This document shows positions 37,970 to 47,903 of a DNA stretch of 64,000 nucleotides, in pieces. Positions within the stretch are counted from its first letter, which is position 1. Every line of letters begins with the position of its first letter. The translations under genes were made by a program, and so were the position numbers. The DNA lies in sequence record NC_019505.1; one strand, 5' to 3'. The notes under the pieces are model-generated. The model did not search any database and had not been told where the DNA came from. It saw only the letters and a list, made by a program, of their open reading frames with translations. The stretch is from Escherichia phage wV7.

Positions 37970-39535
37970 ATGACTATCAAAACTAAAGCTGAACTTTTGA
38001 ACAAATGGAAGCCATTACTGGAAGGTGAAGGTTTACCGGAAATTGCTAATAGCAAACAAGCGATTATCGCTAAAATCTTTGAAAACCAGGAAAAAGATTT
38101 CCAGACAGCTCCGGAATATAAAGACGAAAAAATTGCTCAGGCATTCGGTTCTTTCTTAACAGAAGCTGAAATCGGTGGTGACCACGGTTACAATGCTACC
38201 AACATCGCTGCAGGTCAGACTTCTGGCGCAGTAACTCAGATTGGCCCAGCTGTTATGGGTATGGTACGTCGTGCCATTCCTAACCTGATTGCTTTCGATA
38301 TTTGCGGTGTTCAGCCAATGAACAGCCCGACTGGCCAGGTATTCGCGCTGCGCGCAGTATATGGTAAAGATCCAATCGCTTCCGGCGCTAAAGAAGCATT
38401 CCACCCAATGTATGGTCCAGATGCAATGTTCTCTGGTCAGGGTGCTGCTAAGAAATTCGCTGCTTTGAAAGCAAGTGATACTCTTGAAGTCGGAACTATT
38501 TACACTCACTTCTTCCAGGACACTGGTACTGTGTATCTGCAAGCTACAGAAGTTAAGCAAATTGATACTAGTGCAAATGATGCAGCTAAATTAGATGCTG
38601 AAATCAAGAAACAAATGGAAGCTGGTGTACTGGTAGAAATCGCTGAAGGTATGGCTACTTCTATCGCTGAACTTCAGGAAGGTTTCAATGGTTCTACCGA
38701 TAACCCATGGAATGAAATGGGCTTCCGTATCGATAAACAAGTTATCGAAGCTAAATCTCGCCAGCTGAAAGCTGCTTACTCTATCGAATTAGCACAAGAC
38801 CTCCGCGCTGTTCATGGTATGGATGCTGATGCTGAACTGTCTGGTATTCTGGCTACCGAAATTATGCTGGAAATCAACCGTGAAGTTGTTGATTGGATTA
38901 ACTACTCAGCACAGGTTGGTAAATCTGGTATGACCCTGACTCCGGGTTCTAAAGCTGGTGTATTTGACTTCCAGGACCCAATCGATATTCGTGGTGCTCG
39001 CTGGGCTGGTGAATCCTTTAAAGCTCTGTTGTTCCAGATTGATAAAGAAGCAGTTGAAATCGCTCGTCAGACCGGTCGTGGTGAAGGTAACTTCATTATC
39101 GCTTCCCGTAACGTAGTTAACGTTCTGGCTTCAGTTGATACCGGCATTTCTTATGCTGCACAGGGTCTGGCAACTGGCTTTAACACTGATACTACCAAGT
39201 CAGTATTTGCTGGTGTTCTGGGTGGTAAATACCGTGTATATATCGACCAGTATGCTAAACAGGATTATTTCACTGTAGGTTATAAAGGTCCGAACGAAAT
39301 GGATGCTGGTATTTACTACGCTCCATATGTAGCTCTGACTCCACTGCGTGGTTCTGATCCGAAGAACTTCCAACCAGTAATGGGATTCAAAACTCGTTAC
39401 GGTATCGGTATCAACCCATTTGCAGAATCCGCTGCTCAGGCTCCGGCTTCTCGCATTCAGAGCGGTATGCCTTCTATCCTGAACAGCCTTGGTAAGAACG
39501 CTTACTTCCGCCGTGTATATGTTAAAGGTATCTAA
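37970..39535 (+). CDS. 23: gp23 major capsid protein
   Basis: 521 aa MTIKTKAELLNKWKPLLEGEGLPEIANSKQAII..., high-expression codon usage (richer in C/G third positions than neighbours). Confidence 0.95.
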   Translation: MTIKTKAELLNKWKPLLEGEGLPEIANSKQAIIAKIFENQEKDFQTAPEYKDEKIAQAFGSFLTEAEIGGDHGYNATNIAAGQTSGAVTQIGPAVMGMVRRAIPNLIAFDICGVQPMNSPTGQVFALRAVYGKDPIASGAKEAFHPMYGPDAMFSGQGAAKKFAALKASDTLEVGTIYTHFFQDTGTVYLQATEVKQIDTSANDAAKLDAEIKKQMEAGVLVEIAEGMATSIAELQEGFNGSTDNPWNEMGFRIDKQVIEAKSRQLKAAYSIELAQDLRAVHGMDADAELSGILATEIMLEINREVVDWINYSAQVGKSGMTLTPGSKAGVFDFQDPIDIRGARWAGESFKALLFQIDKEAVEIARQTGRGEGNFIIASRNVVNVLASVDTGISYAAQGLATGFNTDTTKSVFAGVLGGKYRVYIDQYAKQDYFTVGYKGPNEMDAGIYYAPYVALTPLRGSDPKNFQPVMGFKTRYGIGINPFAESAAQAPASRIQSGMPSILNSLGKNAYFRRVYVKGI

Positions 39536-39548
39536 TCTTTGACGATTT

Positions 39549-39580
39549 AAGGGACCTTCGGGTCCCTTTAGTTGTTTTTA
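39549..39580 (+). terminator. rho-independent terminator after gene 23
   Basis: GGGACC-UUCG-GGUCCC hairpin followed by a T-rich tract. Confidence 0.6.
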
Positions 39581-39583
39581 TGG

Positions 39584-39591
39584 TATAAATA
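39584..39591 (+). promoter_or_regulatory. late promoter TATAAATA
   Basis: Exact match 27 nt upstream of gene 24 ATG. Confidence 0.5.
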
Positions 39592-39618
39592 AATCATATA
39601 AACTGAAAGGAAAGCGCA

Positions 39619-40902
39619 ATGGCTAAAATCAACGAACTTCTGCGCGAATCAACCACAACGAATAGCAACTCAATCGGTCGCCCAAATCTCGTTGCTTTGA
39701 CTCGCGCTACCACTAAATTAATATATTCTGACATTGTAGCAACGCAAAGAACTAATCAACCTGTTGCTGCTTTTTATGGTATCAAATACCTTAACCCAGA
39801 CAATGAATTTACATTTAAAACTGGTGCTACTTACGCTGGCGAAGCTGGATATGTAGACCGAGAACAAATCACAGAATTAACAGAAGAGTCTAAATTAACT
39901 CTCAATAAAGGCGATTTATTCAAATATAATAATATCGTTTATAAAGTATTAGAAGATACACCATTTGCTGATATTGAAGAAAGTGATTTAGAATTAGCTC
40001 TTCAGATTGCAATTGTTCTTTTAAAGGTTCGTCTATTTTCTGACGCAGCGTCAACAAGCAAATTTGAAAGCTCTGATAGTGAAATTGCGGATGCTAGATT
40101 CCAGATTAATAAATGGCAAACCGCAGTTAAATCTCGTAAACTTAAAACCGGTATCACAGTTGAATTAGCACAAGATTTAGAAGCAAATGGATTCGATGCT
40201 CCTAATTTCTTGGAAGATTTGCTTGCAACTGAAATGGCAGATGAAATCAATAAAGATATTCTGCAGTCTTTGATTACAGTATCAAAACGTTATAAAGTTA
40301 CAGGAATTACTGATACTGGATTCATTGATTTGAGTTATGCATCTGCACCTGAAGCTGGTCGTTCATTATACCGAATGGTATGTGAAATGGTTTCGCATAT
40401 CCAAAAAGAATCAACTTATACAGCAACGTTTTGTGTTGCTTCAGCTCGTGCCGCTGCGATTCTTGCTGCATCTGGTTGGTTAAAACATAAACCAGAAGAT
40501 GATAAATATCTTTCACAAAATGCCTACGGGTTCTTAGCTAATGGTTTACCGCTTTATTGCGATACTAACAGCCCATTAGATTATGTAATCGTTGGCGTAG
40601 TAGAAAATATCGGTGAAAAAGAAATTGTTGGATCAATTTTCTATGCTCCGTATACAGAAGGTCTCGACTTAGATGACCCTGAACATGTAGGTGCATTTAA
40701 AGTTGTTGTTGATCCAGAAAGCTTACAACCGTCTATCGGTTTATTAGTTAGATATGCTTTATCTGCAAATCCTTATACCGTAGCAAAAGATGAAAAAGAA
40801 GCAAGAGTAATTGATGGTGGAGACATGGATAAAATGGCGGGTCGTTCAGATTTGTCTGTTTTATTAGGTGTTAAATTACCAAAAATTATTATCGATGAAT
40901 AA
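39619..40902 (+). CDS. 24: gp24 capsid vertex protein
   Basis: 427 aa, paralogous to gp23 (shared segments such as IELAQDL), T4 order. Confidence 0.9.
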   Translation: MAKINELLRESTTTNSNSIGRPNLVALTRATTKLIYSDIVATQRTNQPVAAFYGIKYLNPDNEFTFKTGATYAGEAGYVDREQITELTEESKLTLNKGDLFKYNNIVYKVLEDTPFADIEESDLELALQIAIVLLKVRLFSDAASTSKFESSDSEIADARFQINKWQTAVKSRKLKTGITVELAQDLEANGFDAPNFLEDLLATEMADEINKDILQSLITVSKRYKVTGITDTGFIDLSYASAPEAGRSLYRMVCEMVSHIQKESTYTATFCVASARAAAILAASGWLKHKPEDDKYLSQNAYGFLANGLPLYCDTNSPLDYVIVGVVENIGEKEIVGSIFYAPYTEGLDLDDPEHVGAFKVVVDPESLQPSIGLLVRYALSANPYTVAKDEKEARVIDGGDMDKMAGRSDLSVLLGVKLPKIIIDE

Positions 40903-40905
40903 AAC

Positions 40906-40929
40906 AAAGGGACCTTTCGGTCCCTTTTT
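40906..40929. terminator. bidirectional terminator between gene 24 (+) and rnlB (-)
   Basis: AAAGGGACC-UUUC-GGUCCCUUUUU; A-run and U-run flank the stem so it can terminate in both directions. Confidence 0.6.
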
Positions 40930-40931
40930 AT

Positions 40932-41936
40932 TTAGCTCACCAACTCAATCCAAGCTGGACGAAGTACATCTTGCACCATTTTAACTAATTCCTTTTTAAT
41001 CAAAGAAGGATTATCTGCTTGAGTTAGAGTAATACCTTCACGAGAAGTTTCTTCCAAAATATCTTGGACAGTTAGCCCCATCACCTTTCCAAAATCCTTT
41101 GGACCAATTTCGCCAATTTTAGAAATAACGTTATTTACTCGGTTCAGTGTAACGTAACAAGCTAAAATTCCCACCAATTTGTTATCAGCTTCTGACAATT
41201 CAACTTTAGCTTTAATAGGCTTATCAGACTTTTTCTTTTCACTAAATTTAGAATTCTTGCATTTGATGGCTACACGATTGCGATTAGGCAGCCAAGAAGG
41301 ATAACAAGGTTTCAATACATATCCTTCAGCGGTAAATACTTCGCCTTTGGCTTCGGCATTCCAAACGCATTTATTTGCATCAACTAATCCAGCATGGTCT
41401 ACTGTAAAATTATAATCTTGGACGACAGAATCTAAATCATTTGGCAATTTAATAAGCTCTTCAAATTTACCGCGACCTAAAAGTGGAGCCATTTTAAATT
41501 TAAATGTATTGCAGAATGATTCCATCATATAATCATCGACATAAGTCATGTCACCACTTTCTGTAGTGACAATAATGTCAAATACATAGAAATCTTTATC
41601 ACCATAATCAACATTCTTCTGAATGCCAGGTCCAGCGAATTCGCCAAAAACTTGATAAGATACAACCGCTGAAGTTTCCATAATATCTTGTACTGCTTTA
41701 ATGGAATCAGCGTAATTCTTTAGAATAATTTCATACCCAAAGAAATCTTCAGCAGGAAGAATCGGTCCAGTACGTTTAGCGCAAGTTACTTTATCACGCT
41801 CAATAATCAATGAGAAATTTGTGCCGTGAATCTTTTCACGAGCTACCCATTCGCCGCCAGTCAATCCCAAGCTATAAAGTTTTTCAATAAATTTAGAGTT
41901 GTAATGATTTTCAAGACTGCTATACTTTTTAAACAT
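40932..41936 (-). CDS. rnlB: RNA ligase 2 (Rnl2)
   Basis: 334 aa beginning [19 protein letters not shown]... with nucleotidyltransferase motif I KIHGTN. Confidence 0.9.
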   Translation of the reverse strand: MFKKYSSLENHYNSKFIEKLYSLGLTGGEWVAREKIHGTNFSLIIERDKVTCAKRTGPILPAEDFFGYEIILKNYADSIKAVQDIMETSAVVSYQVFGEFAGPGIQKNVDYGDKDFYVFDIIVTTESGDMTYVDDYMMESFCNTFKFKMAPLLGRGKFEELIKLPNDLDSVVQDYNFTVDHAGLVDANKCVWNAEAKGEVFTAEGYVLKPCYPSWLPNRNRVAIKCKNSKFSEKKKSDKPIKAKVELSEADNKLVGILACYVTLNRVNNVISKIGEIGPKDFGKVMGLTVQDILEETSREGITLTQADNPSLIKKELVKMVQDVLRPAWIELVS

Positions 41937-41945
41937 AATTAATCC

Positions 41946-42224
41946 TCAAAATGTAATTTCTAACCAATCACCATCACGCTGATCACTATTGACTTTAAAA
42001 TTAAATCCTTCTTTTCTCAGCCAATCACCAATTTCTTCAGTAATCAATTTATCACGAGCAGTACAATAATAACTAAAATATGTTTTACCTTGTTCAGCTG
42101 CTTTATTAGCAAGTTCTGAAAAATCTTTAATAAAACACTCTAGCTTAAACTGTTTACTTTTTAATGCTTTTTCACGTAATTGATTAGCAAAAGATTCATT
42201 TTCATAAAGATCATACTGTTCCAT
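41946..42224 (-). CDS. hypothetical protein (24.2-like)
   Basis: 92 aa ATG-start ORF downstream of 24.3-like gene. Confidence 0.5.
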   Translation of the reverse strand: MEQYDLYENESFANQLREKALKSKQFKLECFIKDFSELANKAAEQGKTYFSYYCTARDKLITEEIGDWLRKEGFNFKVNSDQRDGDWLEITF

Positions 42225-42426
42225 TTTTCACCTTTTTATTAATGTGTCTTTTTCTATAGACAACTTTTTCTCGAGTCTCAAATTTATTCTTTGCAGTCAT
42301 AGCTCGAGCCCATAATACAGCCACTTCTTTCGCCTGTAAGTTTAATTCACGAGCAATTTCAATGAATGACTTTCCAGACTCATGAAGTGTAAACACCACA
42401 ACTTCAGTTCTCATAATCAATCTCAT
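42211..42426 (-). CDS. hypothetical small protein with helix-turn-helix-like segment (24.3-like)
   Basis: 71 aa; segment SGKSFIEIARELNLQAKEVAVLW resembles an HTH; basic C-terminus. Confidence 0.45.
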   Translation of the reverse strand: MRLIMRTEVVVFTLHESGKSFIEIARELNLQAKEVAVLWARAMTAKNKFETREKVVYRKRHINKKVKNGTV

Positions 42427-42477
42427 GTTATCGAGTTGGTGCCATTATATACATCATTTTCTGATTGTGTTTTGTGT

Positions 42478-42512
42478 GCTTTCAAAATGAAGAAAGGGGC
42501 CGAAGCCCCTTT
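42478..42512 (-). terminator. terminator-like hairpin after hoc (minus strand)
   Basis: AAAGGGGC-UUCG-GCCCCUUU followed by UUUCUUCAUUUUG on minus-strand RNA. Confidence 0.5.
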
Positions 42513-42515
42513 CGA

Positions 42516-43940
42516 TTATGGATAAGTATAGATGATACCAGTTTCTAAAGCAGTTTTATGGATGATGTATCCATTACGTGATTCTTGAACATCAACTTCT
42601 GAATAATCTTTCATCATCTTCTGAAGCGTATAACGATGCAAGTAGTACTTACTATCTGGATCTTCAGTTTTCCAATCTTTACCTTCTTCAGTCATTTTTT
42701 GGATTTCATCCATAACCCACCAACCGCACCAGATATAAGCTGAAGTACGATGTGGAAGAGGATGAACATAAGGCAATTCACCTTCTGGTTCCGGAGCAAC
42801 TTTATCAGTTACCTGAACTTGACCTGTTGTTTTAACTGTTTTACTATCATAGTCGGTTGCTGTAACGACAGCAGTAACTTCAATAGTTTGACTTCCAATA
42901 GATGAGGTGTCAACGGTGTATACGTTAGTTGACCCTTCTACAGGAGAAGAATCTTTCTTCCATGAATAAGTAATTTGTGCTGCTTCAGGTGCTCCAGTAA
43001 CATTAGCCGTAAATGTAGCCGAAGCATCTTGCTGAACGTTAATAGAAGGAGGAGTCAATGTAACCTGTGGATTCATTGTCTTCTTATTAACTGTCAATGA
43101 TACTTCATTAGAAGTAACTTCCTTTTCATTGTAATTTTCTGCAGTTACTTGCGCTACACATTTAATTCTTTTTACTCCACTTGTAGTTGGAGTATAGTTA
43201 AATGTAGAGTTAGTTTCTCCACCAATTTGAGAATCATCTACATACCACTTATATGTAGCAGACGCTCCATCAGGTTGAGAAGCTAAGGCAGCAGTAAATT
43301 GAACTGGAGTTCCAATTACTCCAGCTGAAGGACTATTAGGAGTTACAACTAAAGTAGTCGCTTGGGTTTTCTTGTTAACAGTCAGCGACACTTCGTCAGA
43401 AGTAACGGTCTTTGTATCATAATCTGTCGCAGTTACTTGAGCTACACACTTAATTTTTTTAACTCCGCTTGTGGCAGGAGTATAGTTAAATGTAGCGTCA
43501 GTTGCTTCTCCCACAGGAGAACCGTCGACGTGCCATTGATACGTAGCAGATGCACCTGGCGGCTGTGAATCTAAGGCAGCGGTAAATTGAACAGCTGTTC
43601 CGATTACTCCTTCCGAAGGACTATCAGGAGTTACTGTTATTGTAGTAGTCTGTGTCTTATTTTGAACTGTGATAGTTGTCGTAGCTTCTGCTGTTTCAGG
43701 TTCAGATTCAGATTCTGGAACTGTATTTGTTGCAACGACTTTAATAGTCTTTTGACCGGCAGGTCCTTTTAGTACATAACTAAAAGTTGCTTCAGCTCCA
43801 TCCTGTGGAACATTATCTACACTCCAAGCATAGGTAATAGTTCCACCTTCAGTTTGACCACTGGGTGCAGCAGTAAACTGCTTGGTTTCATCAATAACTC
43901 CTGTTGGGGTTTTAGGAGTTATATCAACTGTAAAAGTCAT
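42516..43940 (-). CDS. hoc: Hoc outer capsid decoration protein with an extra Ig-like domain
   Basis: 474 aa of tandem Ig-like beta-rich domains plus C-terminal capsid-binding region; two adjacent domains are near-identical. Confidence 0.85.
   Translation of the reverse strand: MTFTVDITPKTPTGVIDETKQFTAAPSGQTEGGTITYAWSVDNVPQDGAEATFSYVLKGPAGQKTIKVVATNTVPESESEPETAEATTTITVQNKTQTTTITVTPDSPSEGVIGTAVQFTAALDSQPPGASATYQWHVDGSPVGEATDATFNYTPATSGVKKIKCVAQVTATDYDTKTVTSDEVSLTVNKKTQATTLVVTPNSPSAGVIGTPVQFTAALASQPDGASATYKWYVDDSQIGGETNSTFNYTPTTSGVKRIKCVAQVTAENYNEKEVTSNEVSLTVNKKTMNPQVTLTPPSINVQQDASATFTANVTGAPEAAQITYSWKKDSSPVEGSTNVYTVDTSSIGSQTIEVTAVVTATDYDSKTVKTTGQVQVTDKVAPEPEGELPYVHPLPHRTSAYIWCGWWVMDEIQKMTEEGKDWKTEDPDSKYYLHRYTLQKMMKDYSEVDVQESRNGYIIHKTALETGIIYTYP
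43077..43649 (-). repeat. tandem direct duplication (2 x ~285 bp) encoding two Ig-like domains of Hoc
   Basis: Protein residues 98-193 and 194-288 are about 80% identical (VTPDSPSEGVIGTAVQFTAAL... versus VTPNSPSAGVIGTPVQFTAAL...). Confidence 0.8.
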
Positions 43941-43949
43941 AAGTTATCC

Positions 43950-44630
43950 TTATTTTAATGTTACGAAAGAAGAATTGCGTGTTTCACGAATTAGAACTGA
44001 TCCGTCACGATTAATGTAGTAAATTAAGCTAAACAAAGTTTGATGCGCAGACGCATGTTCAAAACTGGTTGGGCGAGATTTCCAATCTGGAGTTTCAGCA
44101 ATCCATTGGTAAATCCACCAAGGAACAGTGCAGAATCCTGGATTTTTTCCAATCAGCTGAAGATTCGGGCTAAAGTTTTCCGGAAGAGTAAATACAGACG
44201 GCTTTTCAGATTCAATAATCTTATCTACAGCTTGTTCAAACTTTTCTTCAACAAAAGGAGTGTCTTCAATCAAAACATCAGTATTTTCAGGAATTTTATC
44301 CGTTTCTACCACTTCAATTTTAATATCAGATTTAACTGGAGAATCAATCAGAAGTGCTGCTTCTGGATTAACTTCTTCATCGTCATATTTTAATCCCTCT
44401 GCAGCATCAGCAGCATCAATTAAGTCTTTAATAGATAACCCATCAGTCTCTGGCATAGGTTCACTAGCGAGCTTCTGGAGGGCTTCTTCAATATCAACAA
44501 CGATATTATCAAAAGATTTATTCTTTTTGACCTTTATACCAAATTGCTCAGCATATTCAGCTAATTTAGCTTTAGCTTCTTTATTATCATCAAGAGCCTT
44601 TAACTCTGCAATATAATCTTTATCTATCAT
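43950..44630 (-). CDS. inh: Inh-like protein (inhibitor of prohead protease)
   Basis: 226 aa acidic protein located between hoc and uvsW as in T4; assignment by position and size. Confidence 0.6.
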   Translation of the reverse strand: MIDKDYIAELKALDDNKEAKAKLAEYAEQFGIKVKKNKSFDNIVVDIEEALQKLASEPMPETDGLSIKDLIDAADAAEGLKYDDEEVNPEAALLIDSPVKSDIKIEVVETDKIPENTDVLIEDTPFVEEKFEQAVDKIIESEKPSVFTLPENFSPNLQLIGKNPGFCTVPWWIYQWIAETPDWKSRPTSFEHASAHQTLFSLIYYINRDGSVLIRETRNSSFVTLK

Positions 44631-44643
44631 AATATTTCCTCAG

Positions 44644-44651
44644 TATAAATA
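44644..44651 (+). promoter_or_regulatory. late promoter TATAAATA
   Basis: Exact match 30 nt upstream of uvsW ATG. Confidence 0.45.
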
Positions 44652-44680
44652 TAGATATATTTATTACATGGTATTTAGAC

Positions 44681-46192
44681 ATGACTGACATTAAAGTACA
44701 TTTTTATGATTTTAGTCACGTGAGAATTGATTGTGAAGAAAGTACATTTCATGAACTCCGTGATTTCTTTAGCTTCGAAGCTGATGGGTATCGTTTTAAT
44801 CCGAAATACAAATATGGCCACTGGGATGGACGAATCCGTCTTTTAGATTATAATCGTCTTCTTCCATTCGGCTTAGTCGGGCAAATTAAAAAGTTCTGTG
44901 ATAACTTTGGCTATAAAGCCTGGATTGACCCACAAATTAACGAAAAAGAAGAATTATCAAGAAAAGATTTTGATGAATGGCTTTCTAAATTAGAAATCTA
45001 TTCAGGAAATAAAAGAATTGAACCACACTGGTATCAAAAAGATGCAGTGTTCGAAGGATTAGTTAATCGTCGTAGAATTCTTAATCTTCCAACATCCGCT
45101 GGTAAATCTTTAATTCAGGCTCTGCTCGCTCGGTATTATTTGGAAAATTACGAAGGTAAAATTCTTATCATTGTTCCAACAACTGCTCTAACAACTCAGA
45201 TGGCTGATGACTTCGTTGACTATCGTTTATTCAGTCATGCAATGATAAAGAAAATTGGTGGCGGAGCATCAAAAGATGATAAATATAAAAATGATGCACC
45301 AGTCGTTGTTGGTACATGGCAAACTGTAGTTAAACAACCAAAAGAATGGTTCTCACAGTTTGGAATGATGATGAATGATGAATGTCATCTTGCTACAGGA
45401 AAAAGTATTTCATCTATCATATCAGGTTTAAATAACTGCATGTTCAAATTTGGTCTATCTGGTTCATTACGTGATGGCAAAGCCAATATCATGCAGTATG
45501 TTGGAATGTTTGGTGAAATATTTAAGCCAGTAACGACTTCTAAGTTAATGGAAGATGGACAAGTAACTGAGCTAAAAATTAATAGTATTTTTCTTCGCTA
45601 TCCCGATGAGTTCACTACTAAATTAAAGGGAAAAACTTATCAAGAAGAAATAAAAATTATTACGGGGCTTAGTAAAAGAAATAAATGGATCGCTAAATTA
45701 GCTATTAAGCTTGCGCAAAAAGATGAAAACGCTTTTGTCATGTTTAAACATGTATCACATGGTAAAGCTATTTTCGATTTAATTAAAAATGAATACGATA
45801 AAGTTTATTACGTATCAGGGGAAGTTGATACCGAAACCCGCAATATAATGAAAACCTTAGCTGAAAATGGTAAAGGAATAATTATAGTAGCTAGTTATGG
45901 TGTATTTTCTACTGGTATTTCAGTTAAAAATCTGCATCACGTTGTTTTAGCGCACGGTGTTAAATCAAAAATCATTGTATTACAAACAATCGGTCGTGTA
46001 TTACGTAAGCATGGTTCTAAGACAATAGCAACAGTCTGGGACCTCATAGATGATTGTGGTGTTAAGCCAAAATCTGCTAATACGAAAAAGAAATATGTTC
46101 ATTTGAACTATCTTTTAAAACACGGCATTGATCGTATTCAGCGCTACGCAGATGAAAAATTTAATTACGTAATGAAAACAGTTAATTTATAA
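44681..46192 (+). CDS. uvsW: UvsW DNA/RNA helicase
   Basis: 503 aa; Walker A PTSAGKS, DECH box (MMNDECHLATG), SF2 helicase C-terminal motifs. Confidence 0.9.
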   Translation: MTDIKVHFYDFSHVRIDCEESTFHELRDFFSFEADGYRFNPKYKYGHWDGRIRLLDYNRLLPFGLVGQIKKFCDNFGYKAWIDPQINEKEELSRKDFDEWLSKLEIYSGNKRIEPHWYQKDAVFEGLVNRRRILNLPTSAGKSLIQALLARYYLENYEGKILIIVPTTALTTQMADDFVDYRLFSHAMIKKIGGGASKDDKYKNDAPVVVGTWQTVVKQPKEWFSQFGMMMNDECHLATGKSISSIISGLNNCMFKFGLSGSLRDGKANIMQYVGMFGEIFKPVTTSKLMEDGQVTELKINSIFLRYPDEFTTKLKGKTYQEEIKIITGLSKRNKWIAKLAIKLAQKDENAFVMFKHVSHGKAIFDLIKNEYDKVYYVSGEVDTETRNIMKTLAENGKGIIIVASYGVFSTGISVKNLHHVVLAHGVKSKIIVLQTIGRVLRKHGSKTIATVWDLIDDCGVKPKSANTKKKYVHLNYLLKHGIDRIQRYADEKFNYVMKTVNL

Positions 46193-46217
46193 GGGCTTCG
46201 GCCCTTTGGAGAAAAAG

Positions 46218-46451
46218 ATGTTACTAGAATTTAAACAATTTCTTTATGAAGCTTCTATTGATGAATTTATGGGTAAAATTGCCTCTTGCCAAACGATAGA
46301 AGGTTTAGAAGAACTTGAAGCTTATTATAAGAAAAGAGTTAAAGAAACTGAATTAAAAGATACTGATGACATCTCTGTGAGAGATGCTTTGGCAGGAAAA
46401 AGAGCTGAATTAGAAGATTCAGACGATGATGAAGTAGAAGAAAGCTTTTAA
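46218..46451 (+). CDS. uvsW.1: UvsW.1-like small acidic protein
   Basis: ATG at 46218 preceded by GGAGAAAAAG gives 77 aa; track start is TTG. Confidence 0.6.
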   Translation: MLLEFKQFLYEASIDEFMGKIASCQTIEGLEELEAYYKKRVKETELKDTDDISVRDALAGKRAELEDSDDDEVEESF

Positions 46452-46506
46452 ATTAAAAAAGGCCCAACCAAAAAGGAAGGGCCAAAACTATAGACTAAAG
46501 GTCACA

Positions 46507-46674
46507 CTATAGCAAAAGTTGTGTTTCATTTAATTGTTCTTCCGAACTTTCTGAAACTGGTAGTTCTTTAATGTAATTATAGCAAGGCCCAGGATGTACA
46601 GGACCTTTGTCTGTTTCAACAACCAATGCAGAATCGATTGGAGTTTTACAGACAACACAAATCTTATCTGACAT
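46507..46674 (-). CDS. small hypothetical protein (55 aa), below track length cutoff
   Basis: ATG-start ORF MSDKICVVCKTPIDS... with CxxC; late promoter TATAAATA (minus, 46700-46707) 26 nt upstream. Confidence 0.3.
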   Translation of the reverse strand: MSDKICVVCKTPIDSALVVETDKGPVHPGPCYNYIKELPVSESSEEQLNETQLLL

Positions 46675-46797
46675 GATTGTCTCCTCTGAATTATATATCT
46701 ATTTATAACCCCATCTTAAAGCGCATTTCTTGTACAAGCTTTAAACATGCTTCCATTTCTGCTAAAAGTCTAAATACTTCTTTATAATTTGTCATAT

Positions 46798-47025
46798 TTA
46801 CCCCATATCTCTCATATGCATATCAATGCCCATATCTTTAGAATAAAAATATTCATCAAGATATCCGGCAAATTTTCCTTTAATATAAAGGACATCTTCA
46901 CCACACGGGTGGTCGGCCAGGATACGAATATCCTGACGCTTAAGATTATGCTTTTTCATTAAGAATTGAATTTCCGTTTCAAATTCTTCTTCATAATTAA
47001 AAGCGTCATCAATGTTATATCTCAT
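46798..47025 (-). CDS. hypothetical protein (uvsY.-1-like)
   Basis: 75 aa ORF whose ATG overlaps uvsY stop. Confidence 0.5.
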   Translation of the reverse strand: MRYNIDDAFNYEEEFETEIQFLMKKHNLKRQDIRILADHPCGEDVLYIKGKFAGYLDEYFYSKDMGIDMHMRDMG

Positions 47026-47438
47026 TATTTTCCAGCCTCAAATGCCCGCATGTCTTGAATATGCTTAATAGCAAATCCTCGTGATTTGATAGCATCAAGA
47101 GCTCCGCTACAGAAATCTAATAAAATTCCCCAATATTGTAATGAAGTATCAACCTTTAAAACATCCTTATCAGCTGATAGAACTGTTTTCATTTCTGATT
47201 TCTCGTAACGATCCATACTAAATTCATCACCATCTCCTCGTCCCGAGTAGTAGTCTAATTTAGCTTTAAGAGCAACTTTTTTCTGTGCTTCAATTCTAAG
47301 CATTTCCTTTTTAATACTTGAATGCTTATTAAGCCATTTACTATATAACATCACATTATTAGCTGCTTCATACTGTAATTTAGTCGAATCTATAAACACA
47401 TCTTTCTTCAATTCTTCTTGAAGATCTTCTAATCTCAT
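47025..47438 (-). CDS. uvsY: UvsY recombination mediator protein
   Basis: 137 aa MRLEDLQEELKKDVFIDSTKLQYEAANN..., T4 length and position. Confidence 0.9.
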   Translation of the reverse strand: MRLEDLQEELKKDVFIDSTKLQYEAANNVMLYSKWLNKHSSIKKEMLRIEAQKKVALKAKLDYYSGRGDGDEFSMDRYEKSEMKTVLSADKDVLKVDTSLQYWGILLDFCSGALDAIKSRGFAIKHIQDMRAFEAGK

Positions 47439-47504
47439 ATTGTTCTCTATTCAATTGTTATTGGATGGACTTAGATTCATTATACCACGTTTATACGTGA
47501 AGCA

Positions 47505-47903
47505 TTATACTCTATTACTGGAAGCCAGTTGTAGTTTTATCTGCTCAATATCATCAGGGTTATCGATGACTGAAAAGCGTATTTCTACTATCAAAGTATA
47601 ATCATCATAAACCGGTATTACATTAACTGCTAATTTATCAATACGTGGCTCATAGTTTCTTACTGCGCTTTCGATATTACGCTCAACCGTGTCAGCAGTA
47701 AGAGGAGTCATATTCTCAAAAAGTTGGTCAGATAAATCGCATCCAAATTCAGGGTCAAACGGTCTTGAACCTTTTCTTGTTGTAATAATTCCTAAAAGAC
47801 TATTTTTAATTGACCTTAATCCAAGTGATCTTGAAACGTCTTTGTTCCAATCCATTTTCATCTCTGGGTCAATATCAGAATAAAGCTTATTAATATTTGC
47901 CAT
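47505..47903 (-). CDS. 25: gp25 baseplate wedge protein
   Basis: 132 aa, T4 length and order. Confidence 0.9.
   Translation of the reverse strand: MANINKLYSDIDPEMKMDWNKDVSRSLGLRSIKNSLLGIITTRKGSRPFDPEFGCDLSDQLFENMTPLTADTVERNIESAVRNYEPRIDKLAVNVIPVYDDYTLIVEIRFSVIDNPDDIEQIKLQLASSNRV

Noticed and set aside
39536-39618. Homing endonuclease gene between genes 23 and 24
   Set aside because: Interval is 83 bp and holds only a terminator hairpin and a late promoter
43077-43649. 285 bp tandem repeat as a possible mobile element or CRISPR-like array
   Set aside because: Repeats are in frame inside hoc and encode two Ig-like domains; no spacers, terminal inverted repeats or transposase
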